NCBI GenBank assembly: GCA_963817955.1 | Contig: CAWFQK010000002.1 | Coordinates: 1 to 64,000 of the forward strand | From: an uncultured Gemmatimonadaceae bacterium | GTDB lineage: Bacteria; Gemmatimonadota; Gemmatimonadetes; Gemmatimonadales; Gemmatimonadaceae | Direction of reading: 5' to 3' | DNA: 64,000 nt | Part shown: piece by piece, positions 50,921-61,272 of the stretch | Numbering within the stretch: the first letter of the stretch is position 1 | How the letters are laid out: every line of letters begins with the position of its first letter | Program-made: the position numbers and the translations under genes | Notes under the pieces: model-generated | Seen by the model: only the letters and a program-made list of their open reading frames with translations | Told to the model about the DNA's origin: nothing | The model's database searches: none

Positions 50921-51838
50921 TCAGGATCGAACAATGATCAGAAAACGCGACGGCTCCCAGAACTGCTCGGGCTGGTTGATTGTCAGTCCGCCTGCAATCT
51001 TGCCGTCTTTTTGCGCCTGAGGGGCCGCATAGGATGGATTCTGGCGAGACAAGATCTCGTATTGTCCTTCGGGCAACTTGATCGTGCGATCGGAGAGACG
51101 ATCGATCTTCGTGAAGTTGCTCGGATCGAGTTCGCGTGCCGGCGCCACGGACCGCGATCCGACGAGCAGGAACCGCTTCTGCCCCTCTGCCACGAGAATG
51201 CCCTTCTTGAGCAGTTCGTCCCGCGTACCGACCACATAGTAGGCAGTATTCTTCTCCGCCGTCAGGCGGCCCACCGTGTCCACGAGTGCAATACGCACGT
51301 GGCTGAGCGTATCGACCGTTGTGTTGAGCAATGCGATCTGCGCCGTCTGCTTGTCGATCACGGTCTGGAACTCGGCCCGCTGGTGTTCCGCCGATTGCTG
51401 GAGATCGGCAACCTGCTTCTCGTAATCCGTGACCTGGGCAATGAGTCCTGAATCCTGCTTCGACAGTCGTTGGGCCTGCGCGCGAGTACTCGCCAGGCGC
51501 GACTGCACGGAATCCAGACGAGCGACGAGATGGCTGATACGGGCGACGATCGCCTTGCGCTGGTCGTTGACCTGTGCGGACTCGTCGGCGGTCTCCAATT
51601 GCGCCGTCGTCTTGTTCGCGAGCGACCGCGCTTTGGCGAGCTCCGTGTTGATCTCGCCGACGAACTTCGTCGACGTCATCACCTCGTCGAGCAAGTCCTT
51701 GCGCACGTTGGCAAGTGAATCCACGCGCAGCGAGTCGGCGTGAGCCAGCGTGCCGAGTTGCTGTTGTGTGTTGTCATTGCAGGCCGCCACGGCAATGACG
51801 GACATCAACACGAGCGGGGCTACCGGGGAGAGTCTCAC
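50921..51838 (-). CDS. Coiled-coil lipoprotein resembling the Cbp1-like family of Bacteroidota
   Basis: Lipobox VAAC, long coiled coil, C-terminal NTAYYVVGT..EL.KKGIL...FTKID...I..P..FW..SR.LII. Confidence 0.6.
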   Translation of the reverse strand: MRLSPVAPLVLMSVIAVAACNDNTQQQLGTLAHADSLRVDSLANVRKDLLDEVMTSTKFVGEINTELAKARSLANKTTAQLETADESAQVNDQRKAIVARISHLVARLDSVQSRLASTRAQAQRLSKQDSGLIAQVTDYEKQVADLQQSAEHQRAEFQTVIDKQTAQIALLNTTVDTLSHVRIALVDTVGRLTAEKNTAYYVVGTRDELLKKGILVAEGQKRFLLVGSRSVAPARELDPSNFTKIDRLSDRTIKLPEGQYEILSRQNPSYAAPQAQKDGKIAGGLTINQPEQFWEPSRFLIIVRS

Positions 51839-51940
51839 GCGTCACCTTCATCGGTCAGGGTGGACGGGTGAGCGCCAGACGAGCATGCTCACCCTGTCAT
51901 GGTGCGACCAACGAAACGCCGGCCGCACGTCCCTACCAAG

Positions 51941-51957
51941 GGCAACTATGGTACCTG
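51941..51957 (-). promoter_or_regulatory. Putative sigma-54 promoter
   Basis: Minus strand CAGGTACCATAGTTGCC = GG-N10-GC with TTGC at -12; palindrome GGGAA-att-TTCCC at 52041-52053 upstream. Confidence 0.45.
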
Positions 51958-52095
51958 CTCAGCATAATATGCAAATGCCTTACTGCCATAGTGTTACAGC
52001 ATTTCGTCGATCGGTGGGCGCAGCAGACATGACGGGAACAGGGAAATTTTCCCGGTTATGAAATGGAGGGTGCGCCCCTTCGCCGCCGCGGCCTC

Positions 52096-53784
52096 TCAAT
52101 ACCTCCACCACGGCGTAGTCGTGCCCGCCGGCATCTTCCGCAGCCCGTACTCGGCCATTTCTCGCAGACGATCCGCGCTCGTTCCAGGCCCGCTCCAGCA
52201 GTGCGGCTTCTGATCGCCGTACACGAAGTACCCCTCGTAATGCGGATTCTGCGTGGTCTTCATCCACGCTTCCAACTCACGCGTCGCCCGATCGAGGAAG
52301 AAGCTATCCATGTTGCCGACGTAGACGTGGATCTTGTCGACGAGTTTGGGCCCGACGGTGCTCCAGTTGCGCTGCAGGTAGTACAGCAAGTCGTAGTTGT
52401 CGTGCCAATACGGCGTCACGGTGTGGTCGATCACACCGGTGCGCGAATCGACCGCCGGTTTGAAGTAGCCGTCACTGCCGATTGGCCCGAAGACCGCCTG
52501 CCAGATGTCCTGCTGGCCCGTACCCGAGCGCCCGTGCGTGCCGTTGACGAGCTCCATCCAGTACCGCTGCTGCGCCGTCTGCCGAATCGAGCCGTCAACC
52601 TCTCGCGAGTTGACCGTCGGTGTGAGCTGCCACTCGCTGTAGTTCTTGTAGAAGGCGTTCGCATCCTTGTACATGTTCACGCCTTCGACGTCGGTAAACG
52701 TCACGGGATCGGGACAGGACGACCACGTGCCACCGAAGAAATCTGGATGCAAGATCTGGAGCGCGAGCGACTCCCATCCGCCGGTTGATCCACCAGACAA
52801 CCATCTCGCCCAGGGCTCCTTGATCACCCGGTATCGCTTCTCCACCTCCGGGATGAGCTCATTCATGATGGCGTCGCCGTACGGCCCCATGTTGACGCTG
52901 TTCACGGCGTACGAATCGTCGAAATACGGCGTGGGGTGCTGGAACGTCACTGCAATGAGGCGCGGAAAGGCATCGCCCAACCACTGCTCGCGGAAGGACG
53001 GACCGGCGGGTCCACGGCCGCGTCCGCCGGCAGCTGCGTCAAATCCATACGGTGCGCCGAGGCCGAAGTGACCCTGGATGTAGTTCACCGGATAGCTGAA
53101 CGTGGACGTCGCGTAGTCGCGCGGCAGCAATACTGTGGCGCCAAGGTAGATCGGACGTCCCCAGAACTTTGAGAGCGAGGGGCTGCGGAACTTGAAGCGT
53201 TGGACGTATTCGTTGTCCGCCGGAACTTGGATGGGAGGAATGACCTTGTCGGCGACGAGCCTCACCACGGCGTTGGTCGTTGGATCCAGGTGCACCTTTT
53301 GCGGCGTGCCGTAGATGTTGCCAGGCGACCGTGGCCAGTTCTGTCCTTCCCACTGGTCGTCGTGCATCCAGAGCACGTGCCCATCGGCACGTTTGAACTC
53401 GGAGTAGACGTTCACGAACGGCTGAACCCAGTAGTCACCCGCCGGAACGTCTGCCATGTCGAACACGGGCGTTCCGAGATCCTTGCCGTCGATGACGGCG
53501 GGTGCACCGGGCGCGAGGCGCTCCACGTCGTGCCCGAACAACGGCGTCCCAACGCGGCCGACCAGCGTCCGCGGCTCGCGAGAGCTGTCGCGGGTAATGA
53601 TCGCGTACACCCGGCCCGTGAGGGGCTCGGCGCGCACCGATGCCGGCACCCGAACCTCGAACCGGATTCGTGCGCGTCCCGAGGGACCCGGCAGGATAAC
53701 CGACGTTTGCGCGGCGGCGATGCCTGCCATCACCAGCGACGTGAACACAGCCAGCGCCAGAAGGCGATTGCGAAACGAGGGCAC
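52096..53784 (-). CDS. Secreted putative esterase (enterochelin esterase-like alpha/beta hydrolase)
   Basis: Signal peptide, DDSYAVNS..MGPYGD, GGSTGGW nucleophile motif. Confidence 0.8.
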   Translation of the reverse strand: MPSFRNRLLALAVFTSLVMAGIAAAQTSVILPGPSGRARIRFEVRVPASVRAEPLTGRVYAIITRDSSREPRTLVGRVGTPLFGHDVERLAPGAPAVIDGKDLGTPVFDMADVPAGDYWVQPFVNVYSEFKRADGHVLWMHDDQWEGQNWPRSPGNIYGTPQKVHLDPTTNAVVRLVADKVIPPIQVPADNEYVQRFKFRSPSLSKFWGRPIYLGATVLLPRDYATSTFSYPVNYIQGHFGLGAPYGFDAAAGGRGRGPAGPSFREQWLGDAFPRLIAVTFQHPTPYFDDSYAVNSVNMGPYGDAIMNELIPEVEKRYRVIKEPWARWLSGGSTGGWESLALQILHPDFFGGTWSSCPDPVTFTDVEGVNMYKDANAFYKNYSEWQLTPTVNSREVDGSIRQTAQQRYWMELVNGTHGRSGTGQQDIWQAVFGPIGSDGYFKPAVDSRTGVIDHTVTPYWHDNYDLLYYLQRNWSTVGPKLVDKIHVYVGNMDSFFLDRATRELEAWMKTTQNPHYEGYFVYGDQKPHCWSGPGTSADRLREMAEYGLRKMPAGTTTPWWRY

Positions 53785-54019
53785 GAGGGCAGCTCCAGTC
53801 GTAAGGGCTTACGCGCCTCGCGGCCACCAGCGTGCGTCGCGAGACATAGCAGACTTGGCCGTAGTATATCCGTCCCGCTCGATATTGCGAGCGACTCGGC
53901 CGTCCCTGTGCCATAGCCGGCGATCAGTCGTCCCTTTGGACAGGCCTCGGGCTACTACTCTGTACCCGGTGGTGCCCTTCCATGAACGCCGGTGCAACCG
54001 GCAGACGGTGTACTTCGCG

Positions 54020-55204
54020 ATGTCGCGATCAGGTTTGCTGGCGCTCCGTTGGTTGTGGGTGTTGATCGGCGACACGCCGTTGCGCAATTGCGGATGGCGC
54101 ACGCGACTTTGTCTCGGCGTCTTACTGCTCCACGGTTGTGGTTCGCCGCAGCCGCTGGGGATCGGCGTCGTCCTCGACGACGACGGCGCACGCGGCGCTC
54201 TCCTCGCGGCCAAGGACATCAATGCCGCTGGCGGTATCAGGGGGCAGCCACTTCACCTGCACGTCATTCGCGGGCTCTCCAGCACCTCCGCGCGCGACGC
54301 ACTCACCGCCGCTGACAGCCTTGCGACGGACCAGGATATGCTTGCGGTGGTCGGCCACACCAACAGCAGTGCGAGTATCGCCGCGGCACAGGTGTACAAT
54401 GAGCATCACATCACGCAGATCGCGCCAACCACGACCGCGCCAGTCTATAGCGAGGCTGGGCCATACAGCTTTCGTCTGGTGGCGAGCGACGTACATCAGG
54501 GGGCGTTTCTCGGCGAGCTCATACTCGCCGATTCGTCGCGTTCGCGGACGGCTTTACTGTACGTGAATGATGACTACGGTCGTGCGTTGCGAGCGACGTT
54601 TGTGCAGAGTCTCGCGGCGCACGGGATTGCGCCTGCGTACGAGGCTCCGTACGCGGAAGCGGCTGGCTTCACGGACGTCGCCGATGTGGCGAGCGCGATC
54701 GCGAGGTCCAAGGCACAGGTGCTCGTGTGGGTGGGGCGATCGGCCGAACTCCAGATCTTGCTGCCGCCACTGCGCAAACTGGTACCGGCCATCCGCGTGA
54801 TCGCCAGCGACGGGTTCGGCGGCCCACGTTCCGCCGATTTTCGGTCGCAGATACTGCTTGGAGTACGCTATGTGCGTTTCGTGGATCTGGACAGCACCCC
54901 CCGCACTCGCCTTCTCATAGCGCGAAACCAACAGGAGAACGCCCAGTTCACCGATCAGTTCCCGCTGGCGTATGATGCGGTCATGCTGCTGGCGGAAGCG
55001 ATCCGCAGCGCGGGTCCCGACCGCGAGCGGATCAGAGACTACGTGGCCGGGCTGGGAACTGCGCGCCCAGCGTTCGCGGGGATCACCGGTCCGATCTCGT
55101 TCGACCGGAACAGAAATCCGCCGCCATCGTACCATTTGAAGGAAGTCACCGCGACTGGCTCGCGAGCGATTTCACTTCCCCCCGGCATGCAACGCATCCC
55201 ATGA
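54020..55204 (+). CDS. Type-1 periplasmic binding protein (LivJ-like)
   Basis: INAAGGIRG, VVGH..S, NDDYG, AYDAV, GITGPISFD; lipobox-like LHGC; start uncertain. Confidence 0.82.
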   Translation: MSRSGLLALRWLWVLIGDTPLRNCGWRTRLCLGVLLLHGCGSPQPLGIGVVLDDDGARGALLAAKDINAAGGIRGQPLHLHVIRGLSSTSARDALTAADSLATDQDMLAVVGHTNSSASIAAAQVYNEHHITQIAPTTTAPVYSEAGPYSFRLVASDVHQGAFLGELILADSSRSRTALLYVNDDYGRALRATFVQSLAAHGIAPAYEAPYAEAAGFTDVADVASAIARSKAQVLVWVGRSAELQILLPPLRKLVPAIRVIASDGFGGPRSADFRSQILLGVRYVRFVDLDSTPRTRLLIARNQQENAQFTDQFPLAYDAVMLLAEAIRSAGPDRERIRDYVAGLGTARPAFAGITGPISFDRNRNPPPSYHLKEVTATGSRAISLPPGMQRIP

Positions 55205-57204
55205 TTCGAGCGGCGGCACGGAAGCAGTCGCTCCGTGGGGTAATGCTGGTCACGGCCATCGCCTTCGGGTCCCTGCTCATCGCATCCATGGGACTCCTCC
55301 TGTCCCTCTCGGCGTCGATTCGGCAGGCGCTGGATAGAAGCACCGAGCAATTGATGGTGGAGCAGCGCATCGCTGATCGAATCGTCAGCGCATCGTACGG
55401 ACAACAGCTCGCTGCGTACCGGGTGCTCGAATCACCTCGCGCCTCATCGCTCCAGGAGTTTCGCGCGCACGGCGAGGAGGCCTATGCCGGGATCCGCCAG
55501 TATCTCCTGCGACCACTTCCGCTGTCGGCGCGGCTGAAGGTGGAAACGATCAAGGAGGCGCATCAGGACTTCGAGGTCGCCGCGCAGCATGCATTCGATT
55601 TGGCGCTGGGCGGCGAGCCGGGGGCGGCCCGGGCGCGAACCCAGACCGTCACGGACAAGGCAGCCAAGATCGAGGGGGCAGTCGGCAGCTTCATGGCCGA
55701 TCGTGAGCAGAACCGCTTGGAGCTTCGCGCAGGGCAGGAGGCGGCGCTGCAGCGTCTGCAGCGAGCCATGATCGCCTTGACCATCGCCCTGGCCGTGGCA
55801 GCGCTCATTCTCGCTAGCGTGCTACGGCGTCTCGTCATGTTGCCGATCTACGATCTGGCAACGGCGGTGCGGGCGTTGGGCGCCGGCGCCGATCTCGTGC
55901 GCGTCGCCCCACAGCGCTACCGAGAATTTCAATTGCTCGCGGACAGCTTCGACGGCATGGCCGAGAAAGTCCATGACGCGCGCGCCGAAGTGCAAACGCG
56001 CAATCAGGAATTGCTCAAGGCCATGGAAGACATGCAGCACCTGCAGCGCGAGCTCGTGCAGCACGAAAAGTTGAGCGCCATGGGCGAGATGCTTGCCGGG
56101 CTGGCGCACGAGCTCAACAACCCGCTCGCGGCCATTCTCGGCATCGCAGAGTGCCTCAAGCTCGACCTTTCCGAGTCAAATGGTCGAGCAGGACGCGGTA
56201 CAGTCGCGGCGTTGATCGACCCGCTCGTTGCCGAATCGCTTCGGGCGCGAGACCTGGTTCGAAACCTCTTGCACTTTTCGCGAGCATCGGAATCGCAGCT
56301 CGAGAGCGTCCGGCTTTCGAGGGCGATGGAGTTAGCGATCAGTCTTCGGCGTCACGTGTTCGTGCAGAACGGGAAGACCATCGATGTTGACGTCGCGCCC
56401 GATCTCTACGTCGTCGCCCACCAGCAGAAGCTGGAGCTGGCGATCATCAATCTCATGAACAACGCGCTCGACGCCATGTCTGGCGCGCCGGGCTGCGCGC
56501 TGCACATCCAAGCACATCGCACAGAGAACATCGTGGTGATTGTGTTTCAGGACGAAGGACCGGGGTTCCTTCGGCCGGAACGCGTGTTCGAGCCGTTCTA
56601 TACGACGAAACCAGTCGGTTCCGGCACGGGACTCGGGTTGTCACTCGTGCATCGCTTCGTCGAACAGTTCGGGGGGACGGTGTCGGCAGAGAATGCCAGA
56701 CCGACAGGAGCGCGTGTCACGATCCGCCTGATCGCCGCCCCGGCCCCGACAGCCGAGCCCGGGCACTCGGACCAGATCAGGACGCCTGGCGGCTCCGACG
56801 TCGAGCCGTCGGTGTCGATCCGTCCCAGAATTCTCATCGTGGACGACGAGCAGACCATTTGCGAAGTGCAACGGCGGATGTTGCGGCAACTGGCGGTGGA
56901 CGTCGAGACGGTGGCGAGCGGCGAGGAAGCGTGCGCAAAGCTGCGCCAGGGACCGTACGACCTGATCATCACGGACTTGCGGATGCCAGGTCCGGTGGAT
57001 GGCCGAGAGTTGATCGAATGGATCGCGCGCGAGCGGCCGGAACTTGCTTCGCGGACCCTCGTGGCAACCGGCGAACTCATGGATCTCCCGGGCAGAGTGG
57101 TGTCGACGATTCCTGACGAGCAGATGATACAGAAGCCGTTCGACCGCGCTGACTACCTGTTTCGTGTGAAGCGAGCGCTGACGAGCACCGCCTCCCCAGC
57201 ATAG
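55201..57204 (+). CDS. Hybrid histidine kinase (2 TM, HAMP, HisKA, HATPase, REC)
   Basis: AHELNNPL, NNALDA, FYTTK, GTGLGL, LIVDDE...TDLRMP. Confidence 0.92.
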   Translation: MIRAAARKQSLRGVMLVTAIAFGSLLIASMGLLLSLSASIRQALDRSTEQLMVEQRIADRIVSASYGQQLAAYRVLESPRASSLQEFRAHGEEAYAGIRQYLLRPLPLSARLKVETIKEAHQDFEVAAQHAFDLALGGEPGAARARTQTVTDKAAKIEGAVGSFMADREQNRLELRAGQEAALQRLQRAMIALTIALAVAALILASVLRRLVMLPIYDLATAVRALGAGADLVRVAPQRYREFQLLADSFDGMAEKVHDARAEVQTRNQELLKAMEDMQHLQRELVQHEKLSAMGEMLAGLAHELNNPLAAILGIAECLKLDLSESNGRAGRGTVAALIDPLVAESLRARDLVRNLLHFSRASESQLESVRLSRAMELAISLRRHVFVQNGKTIDVDVAPDLYVVAHQQKLELAIINLMNNALDAMSGAPGCALHIQAHRTENIVVIVFQDEGPGFLRPERVFEPFYTTKPVGSGTGLGLSLVHRFVEQFGGTVSAENARPTGARVTIRLIAAPAPTAEPGHSDQIRTPGGSDVEPSVSIRPRILIVDDEQTICEVQRRMLRQLAVDVETVASGEEACAKLRQGPYDLIITDLRMPGPVDGRELIEWIARERPELASRTLVATGELMDLPGRVVSTIPDEQMIQKPFDRADYLFRVKRALTSTASPA

Positions 57205-58153
57205 AAACATCGACCGGACTTCCCTCTCGGCTTCTCGGGGACTCGGCGAGGACGCCAGCTGATCGCGTCGGCGCCGGCCGTAAGTACTCCTCGAGAAACG
57301 CACCGACGCGGCGCTCGTACTCCGGCGTCTCATACGCGTACATGTCCTCATGGGTCGCTCCCGGAACCGCCCAGAACGACTTCGGCTCGGGCGCACGCGC
57401 ATACAGGGACTCGGCCTCCGCGATCGGCGTGTAGGGATCTGCCGTACCCGATATGAGCAGCAGCGGTGCGTGGATCTGTCCGATGTGCGCGATTGGCTGC
57501 AGTTCCGATTCTGTGACGCCGGTTTCCTCTCTGATGAGTCCGATCGCCGCCGAGGTGAAGCTCCTCGCGATCCCGCCGACGGGACCGAGCCATGTGCCGA
57601 GTCGATTGCTCACCGCCTGGCGAATCGTCGGATACACCGACTCGAAGACGAATGCGTCCGCCGGGAGCGGTCCGTCCCCGAGCAGGCTCGCCGCACCACC
57701 CATGGAGACGCCGATCACGCCAATGCGATCCGACGGTACATGCGCCCGCAAGTAGCGCATCGCGGCGGCGGCATCGAAGCTCTCGAGCGCGCCATAGGTG
57801 ACGTGTGCACCAGATGACTCGCCTTCCGCCTGAAAATCGGGAGCGAGCACGGTGAAGCCAAGCTTGTGCAGGAATAGCGCGCGGGCGCGCATGCTCGTGC
57901 GGTCTGCTCCAATGCCGTGGAGCAGTAGCACCGCGCCGGCGCCAGCGCGGCCGCGCGCAAACCAGGCGTGAATGGTGCTTCCCGACGCGCTGGCGAACGC
58001 GACATTCTCCGCACCAAGTGATTTCGGCGGCGCGGCCACCGAATGCTGCGCCGGTGCGCTGATCAGGGAGCACCCGGCCGACGCCAATGCCGCCACGAAC
58101 GCCACCGCGAGGGCAGCACGCTGTAAGTTGGGTCGTGGGGCGCGGGGTGTCAT
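57077..58153 (-). CDS. Alpha/beta hydrolase lipoprotein
   Basis: SAGC lipobox, LLHG, GVSMGG, GTADP, GATH. Confidence 0.82.
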   Translation of the reverse strand: MTPRAPRPNLQRAALAVAFVAALASAGCSLISAPAQHSVAAPPKSLGAENVAFASASGSTIHAWFARGRAGAGAVLLLHGIGADRTSMRARALFLHKLGFTVLAPDFQAEGESSGAHVTYGALESFDAAAAMRYLRAHVPSDRIGVIGVSMGGAASLLGDGPLPADAFVFESVYPTIRQAVSNRLGTWLGPVGGIARSFTSAAIGLIREETGVTESELQPIAHIGQIHAPLLLISGTADPYTPIAEAESLYARAPEPKSFWAVPGATHEDMYAYETPEYERRVGAFLEEYLRPAPTRSAGVLAESPRSREGSPVDVSMLGRRCSSALASHETGSQRGRTASVSSARQESSTPLCPGDP

Positions 58154-58213
58154 GGTTGAACTATTTGCAGAGTGGGTGCCATCTTGGAATTCAGCGAGTC
58201 ACGTCCTTGTCGT

Positions 58214-59239
58214 ATGCTGCCGCTGGCACGTAGAACTGCCGCGGGCATACGTCGTCGGATCCTCACCGCGTGCGTCACCGCTGGACTCGCGGCGGCGGCA
58301 CAACTCGCTTCGGCACAGGCGGCTACATCGTCATACACCAGTTCCGTCGCCGCGATCGCTCGGCGACAGGCGATAGACGACAGCATTGCCGTGCCCGGCG
58401 CGCGAAGCATTCTGCTGACGAGCGGCGCGCCCGCACCGCGCGTGATCGTGCTGCTGCACGGCCTCACCGACTCGCCGCGACAATTCGAGGCATTCGCCTA
58501 TCTGCTGCACGCTGACGGGAACAACGTCTATGTGCCGCGCCTGCCGCAGCACGGACTGCGTGGCGGTGACGTTCGCGCGCTGTCCGCGCTCACCGTCGGC
58601 CAGCTAGAGGGAGTCGCCGATTCCGTGGTAACCGAGGCGCGCGGACTCGGCGATTCGGTAATCGTCGTCGGCTTGAGCATGGGCGCGACGATGGGCGCCT
58701 GGATCGTTCAGCACCGGGAAGTGGAGCGCGCGGTGCTGATCGCGCCGGCGATCGAGTTGGCGATGATTCCCTCGTTGCTCCAACGCCCGCTGATCGGGTT
58801 GGCCGATCGCTTGCCGAGCGTGACGCGACGATCGCCACGCGACACCACGCGACCCGACCGAGAAGTGGGATTCAACTCGCGCGCGGCGGCAGAGATCTTC
58901 GAGCTCGGACGGTCAGTCCTTGGTGAGGCCGGCCGCGATGCTCCGCAAACGCGCAACATCGTCCTGCTGGTGAACGCCGCCGATCGCACGGTGAAAGCAT
59001 CGGCGGCGGAATCGCTCGCGCGCGATTGGTCCAGGCATGGCGCGAACCTATCGGTATTCGAGCTTCCGGACTCCTTGCGCCTTCCACACAACATCATCGA
59101 TGCGCGGCGTGGACGGATTGGAGGTGACGCGGTGCTCGCGCTGCTGCGGGAACTCTCGTACGGCTGGTTGCCGGCGGCCATGGCTCGGCGCATCGCGCTC
59201 GGTAGCAGAGCTGGCGTAGGAGCACGATCGAGTCCTTGA
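58214..59239 (+). CDS. Secreted alpha/beta hydrolase (carboxylesterase-like)
   Basis: LLHGLTDSP, GLSMGA, D-x-TV, PHN. Confidence 0.82.
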   Translation: MLPLARRTAAGIRRRILTACVTAGLAAAAQLASAQAATSSYTSSVAAIARRQAIDDSIAVPGARSILLTSGAPAPRVIVLLHGLTDSPRQFEAFAYLLHADGNNVYVPRLPQHGLRGGDVRALSALTVGQLEGVADSVVTEARGLGDSVIVVGLSMGATMGAWIVQHREVERAVLIAPAIELAMIPSLLQRPLIGLADRLPSVTRRSPRDTTRPDREVGFNSRAAAEIFELGRSVLGEAGRDAPQTRNIVLLVNAADRTVKASAAESLARDWSRHGANLSVFELPDSLRLPHNIIDARRGRIGGDAVLALLRELSYGWLPAAMARRIALGSRAGVGARSSP

Positions 59240-59283
59240 TCATTAATGGCGATGCGGCACGCCGCGTGCTCGTCAACGATCAT

Positions 59284-59952
59284 ATGAGAGTCCGCTTTCT
59301 GAATCGTCGCGATGCAGGCCGACGGCTGGCCGCTGAGCTCCGCTCCTCCTATGGCGGGCGGTCGGACCTCATCGTGTTGGCGTTGCCGCGCGGCGGAGTT
59401 CCCGTCGCGTTCGAGATCGCCGAGGCGCTGCACGCGCCGCTGGATGTCTTCGTCGTTCGAAAGCTCGGCCTTCCGTGGCACGAAGAGCTGGCCATGGGCG
59501 CACTCGCCAGCGGAGGCGTACGCGTGCTCGACGAAGATCTGATTCGCGTCGCCCGCGTGAGCGACGAAGAGATTCGGCGCGTCACGGCCGTGGAGCAGGC
59601 AGAATTGGAGCGCCGAGAGCGGCAGTACCGCGGTGACCGTCCATTCCCCGATCTGTCCGGCAAGACCGTCATTCTCGTCGATGACGGGCTCGCGACTGGC
59701 TCGACCATGCGGGCCGGGGTCGCCGCGGTGCGACAGGAAGGACCGTCGCGCGTCGTCGTGGCGGTTCCAGTAGCCGCGCGCGAAACGTGCGACGCATTCA
59801 GCGACATCGCTGATGACATCATCTGCGCTGAAACGCCTGAGCCGTTTCAAGCGGTCGGCTTGTGGTACGAGGACTTCTCACAGACCACCGACGACGAGGT
59901 GCACGAGCTACTCGAGCAAGCGGGCCACGCCCTCGGCACACATTCCTCCTGA
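59284..59952 (+). CDS. Putative phosphoribosyltransferase
   Basis: LALPRGGVPVA, VRKLG, LVDDGLATG PRPP motif, Y.DF.Q..D.EV. Confidence 0.9.
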   Translation: MRVRFLNRRDAGRRLAAELRSSYGGRSDLIVLALPRGGVPVAFEIAEALHAPLDVFVVRKLGLPWHEELAMGALASGGVRVLDEDLIRVARVSDEEIRRVTAVEQAELERRERQYRGDRPFPDLSGKTVILVDDGLATGSTMRAGVAAVRQEGPSRVVVAVPVAARETCDAFSDIADDIICAETPEPFQAVGLWYEDFSQTTDDEVHELLEQAGHALGTHSS

Positions 59953-59968
59953 TTCCGACTGAGGCGAT

Positions 59969-60673
59969 ATGCCCGCATACGATGATGACCGACTGGAGCG
60001 CACGGTTTCGATTTCCACGGGGACGGTCACGCTCCATGGAACACTCGGCGCGCCTCCCGACGCGAGAGGGGTTATCCTCTTTGCGCACGGCAGCGGCAGT
60101 AGCCGGTTCAGCTCACGAAATCGATTCGTTGCGCGGGTATTGCGCGACGCTGGACTCGGGACGTTGCTGCTCGATTTGCTGTCGCGGAGTGAGGAAGAGG
60201 TCGACGAGGTCACGCGCCATCACCGCTTCGACATTCCGATGTTGGCCGACCGTCTCGTCGCCGCCCTCGAATGGCTCAAAGACGAGTCGAGCACTGCCGA
60301 CCTTCCGGTTGGGTTATTCGGCGCGAGCACTGGCGGCGGCGCTGCACTAGTGGCCGCCGCGCTGCGGCCCGATCGGGTCGGCGCGGTAGTCTCACGCGGT
60401 GGCCGGCCGGATCTCGCCGGCGAATCATTACCGCTGGTTGAAGCACCGACGCTGCTGATCGTCGGCGGCAACGACGACGTCGTGATCACGCTGAATGAGC
60501 GCGCACGCGACCAGATGCGCGCGGAGGTTCGTCTCGACATTGTCCCCGGCGCCACCCACCTGTTCGAGGAGGCCGGCGCGCTCGAACAGGTGGCCGGGTT
60601 GGCCCGAGACTGGTTCCTGCTGCACCTGCATCCCGTGGAACGGAGCGCGCGCGCGCCCGGGAGAAGCGCCTGA
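59969..60673 (+). CDS. Dienelactone hydrolase-like protein
   Basis: FAHGSGSSR.S.RN, GASTG, SRGGRPDLA, GATHLFEE. Confidence 0.88.
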   Translation: MPAYDDDRLERTVSISTGTVTLHGTLGAPPDARGVILFAHGSGSSRFSSRNRFVARVLRDAGLGTLLLDLLSRSEEEVDEVTRHHRFDIPMLADRLVAALEWLKDESSTADLPVGLFGASTGGGAALVAAALRPDRVGAVVSRGGRPDLAGESLPLVEAPTLLIVGGNDDVVITLNERARDQMRAEVRLDIVPGATHLFEEAGALEQVAGLARDWFLLHLHPVERSARAPGRSA

Positions 60674-60869
60674 AGATGCAAGGTGCATGATGCTTACACC
60701 CTACGTCGGCAGGGCGCTGGTAGCGGTCGGAGGGCTCGCGACCATCCCGGCGGCCCACTTTGTCGTTCGGAGCCGTCGAGCATCCACGGCCCAGAGTGCC
60801 AGTGGCGCCGCGTCCTTACTCTGATCATTCACACACGGATTTGATTGCCGCAACGTGCCGTGCCGATCG

Positions 60870-61190
60870 ATGATCGACGATCCACCTGAATCTCTGGACC
60901 CTCGTCGTCGCTGGTCGGCGCGAGTCACGGCGCGCAGTGATGCACTCGATCTCGAGCGCAGTGTGTTCACCTGGAAGGATCCGCGTCGCATTGCCCTGTC
61001 GCTCAAGCGGTCCGCGGAGCGGAGCCATCGCCGCAAGAGCGAGCCGTACCGGTCGGCCATGTCGATGCTGACGTTCTACATCAACAGAGCGGGCAGCAAC
61101 CTTGGGGCCGGACAGCGCGATGTCCTGGAACGCGCCAAGATCGAGTTACGGAAAGTGTTCAAGCGTTCCACCGCCCATCGCGACCGATAG
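60870..61190 (+). CDS. DUF3175 family protein
   Basis: WS..VT..SDALDL...VF, IA.SLKRSA..S.RRK, SAMSMLTFYINRAG. Confidence 0.85.
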   Translation: MIDDPPESLDPRRRWSARVTARSDALDLERSVFTWKDPRRIALSLKRSAERSHRRKSEPYRSAMSMLTFYINRAGSNLGAGQRDVLERAKIELRKVFKRSTAHRDR

Positions 61191-61272
61191 CACCACAGGT
61201 TCACTCGCCCTCGCAACCATCGCGGGAATGAATCTGGCAGTGCGGACCACCTGAACCTCCAACGCCTCGATC

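Noticed and set aside
53456..54019. Long N-terminal extension of the binding-protein ORF
   Set aside because: It overlaps the opposite-strand esterase, and signal-peptide features begin after 54020
57077..57204. 128-nt convergent overlap as a regulatory feature
   Set aside because: The hydrolase tail is low-complexity; stop-poor GC-rich DNA or a single indel explains it
60688..60824. 45-aa hydrophobic ORF after the dienelactone hydrolase
   Set aside because: Possible but has no recognisable motif; insufficient support
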